64,000 nt of DNA from Octopus sinensis (lineage: Eukaryota). Within the stretch, counting starts at the first letter, position 1. The number at the start of each line of letters is the position of its first letter. Under the pieces are notes generated by a model. The model saw nothing but the letters and a program-made list of their open reading frames with translations. It searched no databases and had not been told where the DNA came from. Of this stretch, positions 1 to 11,322 are shown piece by piece. The DNA lies in assembly GCF_006345805.1 (NCBI RefSeq), contig NW_021833817.1, forward strand, positions 1 to 64,000, read 5' to 3'. The position numbers and the translations under genes were made by a program.

Positions 1-360
1 CTCATTCGACAAGACAGAGGATGTAGCCCAAAGGCGTCAACTTTATCCCCACAACGACATGGGTGAGGTCTGCAGACAGTCTGTGTTGATCGAGGAGTTT
101 TTCCAAGTCAGTTGAAGATCGACGGCAAAGAATTTTGTCCCAGTCTCGCTGAGAAAAGACATCGAAAGGGACTTCAGAGAAATTGCGTTTCCAAAGAGCA
201 AGGGCCGAATCAATATCAGAGTCCAACGATGATTCAGTAGTTTTTTCCAGAATCTTTTGGACAAGAAGATATGATCCAGAAACCGAAGAAAGAAAGGCAG
301 GAAGAGCCAAATCCATACTAGAACGGAGGCCCAGACCCCCGTGACTCACAGGAAGTTTAG
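1..360 (-). mobile_element. CRE-clade (RLE) non-LTR retrotransposon fragment, post-RT region
   Basis: Translation SHGGLGLRSSMDLALPAFLSS matches the RFGGIGIRSCADLALPCYLSS segment of the 621-aa CRE ORF at 61415-63280. Runs off the window start. Confidence 0.85.
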
Positions 361-639
361 CCTGGCACCAGGCAATAAATTTTAATTAATATTCTTTGTG
401 ATGTTTTACCACAACTTATTTAGAAGGAGAATTTATGAAGCATCTACGAAATTGTTTTTCAGATATTAAAAACAATTCTAAGGCTAAAGCTAAGTAATGA
501 TATAGTTGTCGGAGAATTGAGAGCATATCTGCTAGCTATTCATTAATTCTTTCTATTAAAGAATCTCTACCTATTATGAAAATATTTTTTCACCAAAAAA
601 CAAACGCTGCAACCACCCCATACGTATGTATACCAACTG

Positions 640-890
640 AAGCTACCTGAAATGCAGTCAGATTTACAACTTACTGCGGTATTTATGTAAGATGAGTTAT
701 TAAAATTTTGGAGTCGAATCTCACAGTGGAAATATCCAAACTTTGTCCCATAAAAAGTACATCAGTTTTCAAATCAACGTATGCGTGTAATGTTATCTTA
801 AGTAAACTTATGGAAATAAAAAATCGAAACCGATTGACTGATGAACATCTAATTCAACTTTTATGCATAGCGTGTTGAAAATTGACTTTT
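640..890 (+). mobile_element. hAT (SPIN/Charlie-like) transposase C-terminal dimerisation-domain remnant
   Basis: Degenerate frames ...STYACNVILSKLMEIKNRNRLTDEHL resemble the hAT motif seen at 25310-25648 (FGSTFVCEQLFSKMK...IADNHL). Confidence 0.6.
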
Positions 891-1121
891 AGTTTGGACA
901 AAATGATAGATGCCAAATAGAATCAGGTCCTAAAATAATTTTCATGGCAAGAGGGGATGGCAATGATGGGATGGCAATGATGAGGCGCCAGAAAGACAGG
1001 CGCGACAGACCCAGGTTGGAAGGCGTTCTGACGTGAGGCGAGCTAGAGAAACGCGTGAAAGGTGAAAGAACTGTGTACAAGAAGAGAAAGATCGGCCCCT
1101 CTTCTTTTTGTTAACCACGTT

Positions 1122-1511
1122 GCAGATGATGCGGAGAGAAACAACTGATTGGTAACTATGCCATTCCTTCAAGGGCTTTTATTTCTGTCGCTAGCACTGG
1201 TGAAATTTTGGCACGTTTGCCTCGTGGTGCGTGTAGAACAAAGGATATTACCGGTGGTATTCCTTAAGTTGTCAAACTTTTTGAAAGCGTGTCGACAGGG
1301 AGAAGATGCTGAAATTGCTAAGATTGATAGTATTGTTGATTTCATGGGCGTTCAGAAGAATAAATGCATCGTTTTTATCCGCAATGAAGACACAGGCATG
1401 GAAGAGAAACATTTCATATTGCTTACTATACACTTAGCTATCCTGCGTGGTGACAGTGTCGTAAAAAGACGGCAGCTCACAGATGGCCTAGCTGTACCTA
1501 AAAAATTCTTT
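1122..1511 (+). pseudogene. rpoC: Decayed fragment of bacterial RNA polymerase beta' subunit (rpoC), Chlamydiae-like
   Basis: Frameshift-corrected translation DDAE..QLIGNYAIPSRAFISVA-STGEILARLPRGACRTKDITGGIP*VVKLFE/ACRQGEDAEIAKIDSIVDFMGVQKNKCIVFIRNEDTGMEEKHFILLTIHLAILRGDSVVKRRQLTDGLAVP. It contains the beta' KDITGGLPRVAELFEAR motif and follows the chlamydial sequence as I recall it. One stop, two frameshifts, a deletion and no introns. Confidence 0.85.
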
Positions 1512-1519
1512 AACATTAA

Positions 1520-1797
1520 CTTGAAAAGAAGTTATATGTAATTGACAAATAGTTATTAACTAACTAAATTTCCGGCCTCGTAAATGGAAACACAGTTTCC
1601 ACGTACTATGGCCAAGGAAATCCTTTCGAAAAGCCACTTGGACTCGCGTGGGTCTCCCCGTTTATGGGAGATCATGCGGCCAAGCTTTTTTAGAAAGGAA
1701 AGAGACTTTTCGCCAATGACCCCGGAAGTCTCGACGGCGATGGGAGTGAACAGATACCGTTCAGAGAGTTCCTTGTACTTTCCAATCTTCAAAAGTT
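1520..1797 (-). mobile_element. 5'-truncated CRE-clade retrotransposon 3' end (RLE C-terminus)
   Basis: KYKELSERYLFTPIAVETSGVIG...GDPRESKWLFERISLAIVRGNCVSI, stop at 1556. Homologous to the end of the 61415 ORF. Confidence 0.9.
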
Positions 1798-1831
1798 GAA
1801 AAGTACATTGAAATAATAAAAACTCCCAAAA

Positions 1832-2020
1832 GGGAATGCGCCCAACCCGGAAGTACTGCAATACCGGGAGGACGCGTGATATGGAGGAAGCAAGCTTCGC
1901 AACACATACCGAGGCACAAAAATAAGCATTATATCTTGCCCCGTGTAAGGGCGTCCCAGATATAAAGCTGGAAAGAACAGATACTACACTTTGATCTTAG
2001 CCAAAAGGCCGAGAAGCGAC
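1832..2020 (-). ncRNA. U2: U2 spliceosomal snRNA gene
   Basis: Minus strand reads GTCGCTTCTCGGCCTTTTGGCTAAGATCAAAGTGTAGTATCTGTTCTT (canonical 5' end and branch-point pairing sequence), Sm site ATTTTTG near 1920, and 3' stem-loop CCGGTATTGCAGTACTTCCGG. About 189 nt. Confidence 0.97.
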
Positions 2021-2639
2021 ATATAGGCATAATTTTCGGAGGGTAAGAATTATTCTATCAGTTAAAAACAGGGTTGTTTATTTTTATGCATAGTAACAAA
2101 TATAATAGATTTAAATTTTATACTTATTAATTATATTTATCTTATAAAACTATAAAAAAATTTACATTACTTTTATATTTAGCTATATTCTTTTTATCAT
2201 ACTTGTTGAATCTAGTTTAATGCGATATATTATGTTACCAAGTTTTGTTATTTTTTATAGCAGCAATGCAAAATTATTAGCTAATTAAGTTTTTTTAGCG
2301 CTAGAATTAATATCTTTTCACATAGGCGTTTCAATGCCCCCCTGTTATTTGCGCGTACATATTATAATTTGAAGCAATGCAATTTTATTCAAGACGGACT
2401 ACACCCTGGATACGTTTTTGTTTAAATTTCAATTGATTACAAATCCCGTAGTGACGACAGATCTTTGGAAGGATAACAAGCTTGTAATCTACCATCTTAG
2501 AGCTTCCATGTTCTGCTATTTTTATCTCTTGCAAGCAACAGGTATTCACCTTGTGTTTCCATATCTTTTGCGAGTTGAAGTTTTTTTATAAATTAAATAA
2601 ATTTCTAAATGTGCTTATAATTTCTTGTCATTTCAAAAT

Positions 2640-3560
2640 GCCGAATTATATATTTCTGCCTAGGCTTCTTTATGTTCTACGCTCTGCTCTATGCTTCCAA
2701 TGCCAATTTGAATTGATAGTTCAAGTTTGTTCCGAAAGTATTTGCAAAATTTACTTCGCGTTGTATCCTGAAAGCAAGCAATTTTGTCGGTACGATTTAG
2801 AAGAATCAATTTACGTTCACCTGCGGATGTTGCATTACCCACGTATTTGTTCTTCCGAACTATGTGGACTTCTCTTGTTGATGTCTTTCTCTGCTTTTCT
2901 TTCGAACTTATGACGTCTATTTGGCTCCACATGGGTCTCGAAATTTAGCAGGACAGAGGACTCGAGATTCCGGTTCTCACCTCGTCTCAGAAGTACTAAG
3001 ATACCATTTTGTGTAAGTCTCTTTACAGATCTCTAGATTTTTTTTGAACCAAACGCAGTCACAATTTGAAGCCTTGCTTAATGCCTGCTTACTTTCTTTG
3101 ATTGGTTGCAAGCCTGATAACAAAAGTTTACGTGTTGGTATATGCCTACATCTATTTTTGAAAATGTGCTTTCCACGCGGATGCAAATGTGGATCGACTC
3201 TAAATGAACTGGGCAGATATGTAGACGCAGTACAGGGCATTTTCCGAGACATAAAGCACTCAACAAAATCATTAAGGACGCCTTTGATTCCGAGTACATT
3301 CCAGCTTAATTGGAATCCCCTATGCTCTTCCGTGAAAATGGAACGCATTCTCGAAGTTCAATCTCGCTAACTCGGCCTCTAATCCGAGGTTAGCAGCAAA
3401 AGCATGCGAAAAAACAGAGCTAACAAAATACCAGAACTCAGCGAAGACTTTATCTTCCAGCCGATAATCATTGAAATTTCCGTAACTCTCTCTTTCGTTA
3501 AACAGGTTGGTTCGTTGATTTTTATGTGCACGAAGAACCCTCATTAGACCCATTTAATTT
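2640..3560 (+). mobile_element. Degenerate CRE-clade retrotransposon (thumb, zinc finger, RLE)
   Basis: Frames NYIFLPRLLYVLRSALCF, RSPADVALPTYL, PRGCKCGSTLNELG and GHFPRHKALNKII are colinear with the 61415 ORF. Many stops and frameshifts. Confidence 0.8.
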
Positions 3561-3899
3561 TACTTCCGATTTTTTAGATTTAAATGATAATTTTTTGTCT
3601 AAAGTCTTAGCGTCAAATTTTTAGGATGTGATTCGAAATTTTTCTTTATAAGTATAAAAGTAACTATTTTTTATTTTCTTTGATAGTCTATTTATTTTAG
3701 ATAATTGTTTTTCTATTTTGTGACTACGCTATATATTTTCGAATTTTAAAGTTCGAGTTGTAATCTTTCCAAAAGTAATTTATATGCAAATCCTAACGGA
3801 CAATCAAAAGATATCGGCAAAAATCATATTTCACAAAAGATAAACTGGTCGGGGTCTCGAGTCTATGTGCAATAAAATTAAACAAATGCTTCTACAGTT

Positions 3900-4830
3900 T
3901 TTGAAGACATTTAACACAAAGCCAACAACTTAAGACGAGCAGAAATACGAAGGGCCATACAAAAAAGAACAACACATATGACCACAAATGTGAATTTTGT
4001 TTCTTTAAAGTACAAAATTGACAAAGCGATGGGATTGACATCTAAGGAACTGAAAGAGATTCAATTTGTATACCTGCTAGAGAAATTTGAGAAAAAACCA
4101 TTCTATACCAGTGTCTGAAAAGCACTGATGTGGACGTCGCCAGATTGACAGGATGGCTAAAAAACGAAAATAAATCCAGTCTCATACACAACATGGTCTA
4201 TAGAGCAACGACAGGACTCCTGCATCAGTTTCAGAAACTACATATTTTGTGTTACGGATAGAGTATTTCTTGGTCATTGGTCATATTGATCCGTTTGTGA
4301 CTGGCTCACCAACTCGATTGACAGAATTATGAGCGAATAGCAGGCAATTAATATCTTATCTAGTTACATCATTAATTTATATACCTTCAGACAGTCTGAG
4401 GGACAGGTTACAACTGCAGAAACGACAGGCAAATTTGAAAATAAAGTCATTGATCCAGCCATTGCACTCAACGGGGAATTGAAGACTTGAGAAAAAGTCC
4501 CTCATGGCACTGGGAGGAGCTGGCCTGATAGATCGAGTTGCGTCATAAAGCATTCTAACACGTCAAACCTAAAGACGGGCCTCTTTAAGGAAACCTTTCG
4601 ACGAGTAACAACAGTTTGGCGAAGTCACGAATGGACGACTTGAGAAGGAAGCGAACAATGCTCTTGACGTCATTGGTCAGTAGGTCCCGGGAAAACAGGG
4701 AGTCGAGTCCCTGAAATAATAAGAGGCATGTACAACGTTGGTTTTTTGGAAAAGATCGACTCCATAGCACAACCGGACAAAGATTGTTTGATGGTGGAAG
4801 TGTTTGGTATAATTTCCCTCGCATAAATGC
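3900..4830 (-). mobile_element. Degenerate non-LTR (RTE-like) RT C-terminal remnant
   Basis: Fragment RGKLYQTL...YG resembles the post-thumb region of RTE-type RTs. Heavily decayed. Confidence 0.4.
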
Positions 4831-5429
4831 CCAAAAAGTAACAAGCCCTAAAATGGCTTATAAGATAACTAGTAAACGATTACTGTTGCAACAATAGGTT
4901 GAAGTATCGCCATATGCGTTGGAAAGAGATCAAGTTCGACAGTTGCAAGTAATTGAATATTTCGATCAGTGAGTTCACAGGGAGGTAGTCTAGCCCGCAT
5001 CTTTGCTTCTTTTTAACTCCAAAAGAGCTATTCAGTTATATTATTTTAGTAAACGTCTCATTTCGGACATTGTAAGCAGTGACGATTTCCGAAATTGATT
5101 TAATTAGATTATATGGTCCACTAAAAACGAAATGATGTCCTCCTGTCAAATTGATTGTCACACGTGTAGGTCCTCTATCATTTTGTCTGTCTTACTTTTG
5201 GTCTCCTAACCCTACAAATGTTTTCCCAATTGTTTGAAAAGTCTGTGCAAATACATTAAATCAATTACGGTGGTTCATCACGATTAATCAAAAATAAATA
5301 AAAATATTAATCATAATAAAATGTATAAAGAAGGATTATCTCGAGTATCTGTAAATTAATAAATTAAATGTGGATTCATTTAAAGAAATATATTATTAGC
5401 AAGTTAGACAGTCTTGTTGTGATGGCGAT

Positions 5430-5924
5430 ATGAATAACGGCAATTTAACTATCAGAGACATCAAAGATGGAATGAAAAATCTATCCCTCTCCATCATAGT
5501 TCTAAGAATAGGTTCCAGACTTGTCTTACTGCAGAGCGAGCTGTTCCTACCAAAGAAGGGGGACAACTGCGAATAATGCAAGTGGCCGATCGTGGAGGAT
5601 CTATCAACATGTGCGTGTTTGGAGAGATAGGAAAATATATCCACCCCTTCGATATTCTCCGCATCAACCGAGGGTTGGCATATGCAGTGAGATGGCAGAT
5701 ATGTGACTCTCTACCGGAATTGCCTTACTCTCTATGTACCCAAAAGCGGCACCATTCAAAGTCTCGGACGGTTGTTATTTGAATCTATTTTCAACAGGTT
5801 TTGTATGGTGTTCACTGAGCACCCCTTTATGAGCTCTTTCAACGAAGGAAAGAGGAATCCCATCGAGAATTCTGAGAGAGCACTTAATTTGTCTAAGAGG
5901 GTATGTCAGCTGAATAGGAAATAG
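5430..5924 (+). CDS. NABP2: OB-fold ssDNA-binding protein, SOSS-B / hSSB (NABP1/2) orthologue; 4 exons
   Basis: GT-AG introns 5512-5534 (23 nt), 5674-5698 (25 nt) and 5771-5797 (27 nt). Spliced product MNNGNLTIRDIKDGMKNLSLSIIVLRIERAVPTKEGGQLRIMQVADRGGSINMCVFGEIGKYIHPFDILRINRGYVTLYRNCLTLYVPKSGTIQSLGRFCMVFTEHP... aligns end to end with hSSB1 (VKDIKPGLKNLNLIFIVLE...VADKTGSINISVW...FCMVYSE). A further intron at GTATGT 5901 could change the C-terminus. Confidence 0.92.
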
Positions 5925-6499
5925 TTTTTATTGTGTTTTATTCCAATTTGTATGAACAGACTTCTCTTTCTATGTGTAGCTCGGGACACACGCATGGGCA
6001 AATATTTCCTGGGCATGGGACACACGCATGATTGTCTCCCTCCTTCATTAGAAAAATAAAAAAGCGATGTCCCCTTTCAACATGTACAAATCTTAGAAGA
6101 TCCCATTGGAGAAAGTGTCCATAAATGCAATCTTTTATGAATTCCCCTTGGAGCAGTTGGAGTTGAGAAAAATGTTCTACAGCTTATTGCTTCTGTGGGT
6201 TTCCATTGTGTTGCTCTCGTTCACAATCTTCTCGAGGGTGCCTTTAGAATTCTTAAATTGTACTCTGGTACTAATTTATTTACATCCGAATGCTGAATGA
6301 TGCCGTATTTTTACGTTATCTAAAATACAAAATTAGATGTACTATTATTTTTATTGTTTTAAGCCATGACTGCCAATAATAAGATATTTTTACTACGATA
6401 GCAGCAACAGAAACATATGGGAATGTTGTTATTCGGCATGATAACAACTACAAACCCGACTTAATTAAATCGGAATTATCGATCTCTGTTTAAACAATC

Positions 6500-6970
6500 A
6501 AAATTTGATTTGCAATAAATTCAGTTGTTTTATTGGATCCAGAATTTTAAGCGTCGTGATCATTTTATCGTATTTTTCGATTCTTAAATCTGTTTCTGGC
6601 TTTTTATCTTCACAAGTAATCCATTCGGCATGGTTAAAACAATTTGCAATTGTTTTTTGAGTAACATTGTTCCATCTAAAATGCGAAAACAGAAATCCGT
6701 TTTTTTAAATTCAGCTTCTTATGTGAATAGACAGGATCAGTTTCATTGTAAATTTTGTCTAACATCGCCTCAAATTTAATTAAATTTGTTACAGTTTGCA
6801 TTAAATGAGAGGATGATTCCCTGATCCATTGGTTGTAGGATTGTAGTCGTTTTTGCTGGAAAGTATAGCACTTCGATTGATATTAAATTCGAATAAATTT
6901 TATGTAAAGAGCATTGATCCACAACAAACAGAATTTTGGTTTTTTTCTTTCGAAGATCACGATCCATGAA
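6500..6970 (-). mobile_element. pogo/Tigger-like DDE transposase remnant
   Basis: LFVVDQCSLH...VLYFPAKTTTILQPMDQGII is the typical pogo catalytic region. Confidence 0.8.
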
Positions 6971-7339
6971 AGATTATTAATATTTTTTGTATGGATTCTT
7001 GTTTGTTATTTTCTTTAGTTAAGTAAAATATGGATGGTTATGCTCTTGAGAATTTAAATAAATAAAATTTCCCTTCTTCCCTGTATTTCGATTTCAAATG
7101 TGGAAGGTTTTATTATGAATGGATCAATAATCCATAGTGGGATAACTACTTTGAAGAGATCTATATTTTGTGTTTTAAAATCTATGTACATATTCTTGAT
7201 AATATCTGATTTTTTGTTTTGGTTTTATAAGCTTTTTCAATTTTTTGTATTTTTGTTTCAATTTGTTTGATTTATTTTTTCAAGTGTCCGTGTTAGATAC
7301 TCTTTAATTGACAAACCTTTTTCTTGGAATAAAATTTGG

Positions 7340-7470
7340 TTTTTTAGATGAGATGTCTCTTTTCACGTGAGCTTTTACTTTTGACCATACATTTTCGATG
7401 GGGTTAAGCATTGTGCTGTACGGACAGAGACGAAGAATGTGAAAATCATTAAATTTTTCCATTCTGGAAA
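7340..7470 (-). mobile_element. IS630-Tc1 (DDE_3) transposase fragment
   Basis: Encodes PYSTMLNPIENVWSKVKAHVK. Near-identical to 24290-24420 on the + strand. Confidence 0.75.
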
Positions 7471-7870
7471 TCTCTAAGTCTTAAACATGCATATGCTTTA
7501 AGGAGGACAGTTCCATAGTTACTTGTATCACCACCGGGAGCTCTTTCTACCCCTGTGGCTGTGTCTCCCCGTCATTTTCACTATTTCCTCGTTAAATGTG
7601 AAATCGCTTATTACACTTCCCTCTCCATCTTCACTGAGTTCAAAGATTTGGATCCCTTCAGGATATTTCATGCTTTGGTGTTTCTCATCTTTTTTTGATA
7701 GTGCATTTTTAGTCCACCATACATCGCTGAAATTAACCGGGCTGCTGAACTTAAGCTCTAAGAAAAGCTATTTTGAGAAGTAAACAACACAACCTTCATC
7801 AAAATCACATGTGCAAGCAAGAACGTAAATCAATTTTAAATGGTTTCAGAAGATACGTCACCCCAACCTA

Positions 7871-9232
7871 CACCCCTCGACATTAAAATCCGGACAGTTA
7901 ATAAATCGTCATTTTTATTATCAATTTTATTAAATTAAAATTTAAAAAACTTAAGCATGCTAATATCATCTATATTTTTAAATTTTATAATATTTATCCA
8001 TAAATCTTTTTAAAATATTGAGAATAAAGCAAAAACCGATTTTTTAAGACAAAAAATTCCGGACAAATGTCAAAAAATAAAATATCAGTAAGGAATATGC
8101 TTTCCTTTCGATTTATATAACTCTAAACTACGAGTTTTCATCGAATTTATTAATTTTCGAATAAAATCAATTAAAATTTTATTCCAAATTTCTAATATTT
8201 TATCCTTTTGTTGATGTTTATTTTTTGGTCGATTTTCTGTATCATCCCTCGATAATTCATATTCAATTTTTGACCAAATATGTTCAATGGGATTCATATC
8301 GGGGGATTGTGCTGGCCGATCGAGTAAATTAATTTTGTTTGCAAAAAAGTTGCTTTCAAAGTATGACATGAGGCATTGTCTTGCTGGAATATGAAGCTGT
8401 TTAATCCCATTTCAATGGCTGATTTTTCCTGAATGTTAGCAAGAATTTTTATATATTGTCCTGAGTTTATTTTTTCATCGATGAAACATAACGAACCCAT
8501 TCCAAAATATGAAAAGCATCCCCAGACCATAATTTTGCCGCCACCACACTTAACAGTTGGGTGATAATTTGAATTTTTGAATTCATTTCCCCTTTTTCGG
8601 TATATTATTTTTCTTTTTGGTGCATAATAAACTTCAAAAGTACACTCGTCTGAAAAACATGACTGATCTCCATCCTTCATCATATATACCAACGAATATC
8701 TTCGATATTTCATATCTTTTGAGTATGTTTTTTTACTAAACAATGGTTTTTTCTTTGCTACTCTTCCAAATTTTTATTTAAATTGCGGGTAATTGTTCGC
8801 GGGGAAATTACTTTAGCAGATTTTTCACTATTGGCATCAGAAAGTTCCACTAATATTTAGATTTCGTTTGTATTGAGTAATGTTGGTCTTCCAGACCCAA
8901 TTTTTCTATAAATGGTTCTTGAGTTTATGTATTTTCGAACAACATCGAAAACGGTCGATTTCGGAACCCCGAGGATATCAGAAATTCTCCTATAAGAAAA
9001 ATTTTGTCCTTTACAAAAAGAATCCATTAATTTTTTCTAAAATATTTAAAAAAAATTAGCTCTTTTAACTATCTGAAAACACGTTTTATGCTTTTAAATA
9101 TCGTTTTATAAAACTTTTGTAAATATATTTTTTTAAATATAAAAATATAGAAAAAATACTATGCTCAAAGGTTTTTTTTCTAAATTTGATCAGACGATTT
9201 ATTAATTGTCCGGATTTTAATGTCAAGGGGTG
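7871..9232 (-). mobile_element. Full-length Tc1 element with frameshifted DD34E transposase
   Basis: TIRs CACCCCTCGACATTAAAATCCGGACAGTTAATAAATCG at both ends, TA TSD. Motifs CFSDE, TVKCGGGKIMVWGCF, FQQDNASCH and SPDMNPIEHIW, split over two frames near 8370. Confidence 0.95.
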
Positions 9233-9743
9233 TATATTAACAAACAAAATTGCATCTTTTAATGTCAATTTTTGTATGAATTGTATAAAGGAACATTTTC
9301 AGTCTTGAGCAGATCAGCTAAGTATTGTAGCTTTCTTTTCATGAAATGAGTCTTGAATGTTTTTATAATTTAAATATCCATTGATTGTATTAATCTAGTA
9401 GAATTTTTAGGAAGAAATAAAATCTTAATACAATCTAAGTTTTGAGGTATACAGTCTGCAGGACAGTGGTCTATTTGTAATAAAATTTTCTTCTTTTTAA
9501 TTATCAACTGAAGATCAACTCATCTCGTAACTAAAGGTTATGATGGGTACCCAATTTCTATAAACAATTGTATTGTTAATTATTTTAGATAACTCTTGTT
9601 GAGCTAAAATTTCTACTATATCGGGGCAAATGAACTCTGAAGGAAGTGGATAGACAATACTTTCGAATGAATTGATAATTGCTCCATTTATAAAATTTAT
9701 AGAATGGATATAAATGCTTCTGTGAAACATTAGTAAAATTACG

Positions 9744-9866
9744 GTACGATCATATTTAGTCGCAAATACCCGTTCCCATCCGAACACGGCAGTTAAGCGG
9801 TAAGCGATTACCGGCTGTTTTAGTACTTGGCTGGGTGACCGCCTGGGAACTAACAGTGTCGTACTT
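9744..9866 (+). rRNA. 5S: 5S rRNA gene, divergent, with an ~8-nt insertion at the hinge
   Basis: Terminal helix GTACGAT/GTCGTAC, loop C CCCATCCGAAC, box A AGTTAAGC, TTAGTACTTGGCTGGGTGACCGCCTGGGAA, helix V GCTGTT/AACAGT, followed by a short T run. Confidence 0.88.
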
Positions 9867-10364
9867 TAATATTTGTCTATGTTAGTGACTTTCTAATGGT
9901 AGCATGTTTGTCTATGTTGTCGAATTAACTACAAAAGACTCACAATCACCCTCCTTTAAACCGGATTTATTCCGATGCTTAAATTATCCTCAATAATTCT
10001 ATATCTCATACTAAAACGAGGCCTTTAATTAACTTAGATATCTTTAATTTCTTTCTTGTTTAAAAGTTAAATAAACATAATAAAACTATGTCATGAAAAG
10101 GCAACTCACTTTCTTTCCAAAATATCTCACTGTGTACCTCTATTCTGGCCTCTTTCACCTCCTAAAGGTCGTTCGTGACCTAACTACTGACCATAATTAA
10201 ATTATAATTAGAACGTTTTTAAATCTTTATTGAGGATAAAGGCGCTAAAGGTTAATCGCATGATCAGCTATTCCGATTGAGAATGTTCTGAAATCTAACA
10301 TTGACCCAGTACGCCATCTTTTCATTAATTATAAAAGAGCTTTTTGGGACGAATATCGCCTTGC

Positions 10365-11322
10365 GCTTGGACGGATCAAATGTTTCAATATTTTAACAAA
10401 ATCTTTGACTGCTCGGAAGGCTCGTATAACTGCAAAGAAATTGGGGCATTTTACCCTAGAATTCAATAACCGAAGTGACAGGGATTCTTTTGTGAATGAC
10501 CTGAACAATAACAAGCCATTTGGTCATGATGGCCATAAAATCTCGGAATGTTGTTTGCAACCCTCGACAGTAATTTTGAAGGGAATTCCTTTCTGGGTTT
10601 CCGAAGAAGACCTGGAGCTTTACCTAAAGGAGACTCTCCAGCCTGGCTTTTCTTTCCAACGGTTTAATAAAAATGGAAGGAATATGCCAGTTGGTAAATT
10701 GACCTTGAAGTCAAGGGCAGAAGCCACTTCACTTGTCAGAATGGGAATTGAAGTTGGTTTTCAAAAAATACGCTGTGAGTGGTTCAAAAACCCTGCTACA
10801 AGATGTTTTCGATGCCAAAAATTTGGCCACATTTCAAACTACTGCAAAGAGGTAGAAAGATGTCTTTTTTGTGGTGGAGACCATAATATGAAGTTCTGTT
10901 CAATTAAAGAAAAAACAGAGAATAAATGCATTAACTGTGGTTTAAATGGAAATTTGGCTTGTTACGGAGGCTGCCCTTCAGCTAAGGCAGGTACTGAACA
11001 ATTACGCATAAAAAGCTCAACTAGAGAGCTAAATAACAACAAATGGGTCAAAGCAGAGCCAGTCAAATCTGTATGGGAAAAATCTAAAATGTCGCATTGC
11101 TGTGAGTTCGCAACACAAACGGATGTTTATGAGGATACTATTATGTCCTCCTTTACCAAAAATTCGGAGTTTACAACTCACGTTAAGCCTCAACCATCAA
11201 CCATCGATGTTGAGCTTACCTCTATGATTAAAAAAATAATCACTATATGTTGGGAAAAAGGATTCGATATTCACAATCTGTGGCCCCTTTTCTTTGAAGG
11301 GCAAATGATTGACTATTCATGA
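10365..11322 (+). CDS. LINE ORF1 gag-like protein with three Cys/His zinc knuckles (N-truncated)
   Basis: RCFRCQKFGHISNYC, RCLFCGGDHNMKFC and KCINC...GGCP. The frame is open back to the TSD. Confidence 0.85.

Noticed and set aside
1122-1511. rpoC fragment as simple bacterial contamination
   Set aside because: It carries a stop, frameshifts and a deletion that a living bacterium could not tolerate, and it is flanked by eukaryotic elements. Read-level confirmation is still needed.
1832-2020. Utopia/Keno U2-targeting insertion
   Set aside because: The U2 gene is uninterrupted, and the neighbouring element is CRE-like and lies outside the gene.
1832-5924. Functional clustering of U2 with the Integrator-associated NABP gene
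   Set aside because: They are 3.4 kb apart with TE debris between them, and nothing in the sequence suggests co-regulation.
9515-9787. 90-aa minus-strand ORF
   Set aside because: It overlaps the 5S gene antisense and has no recognisable protein features.
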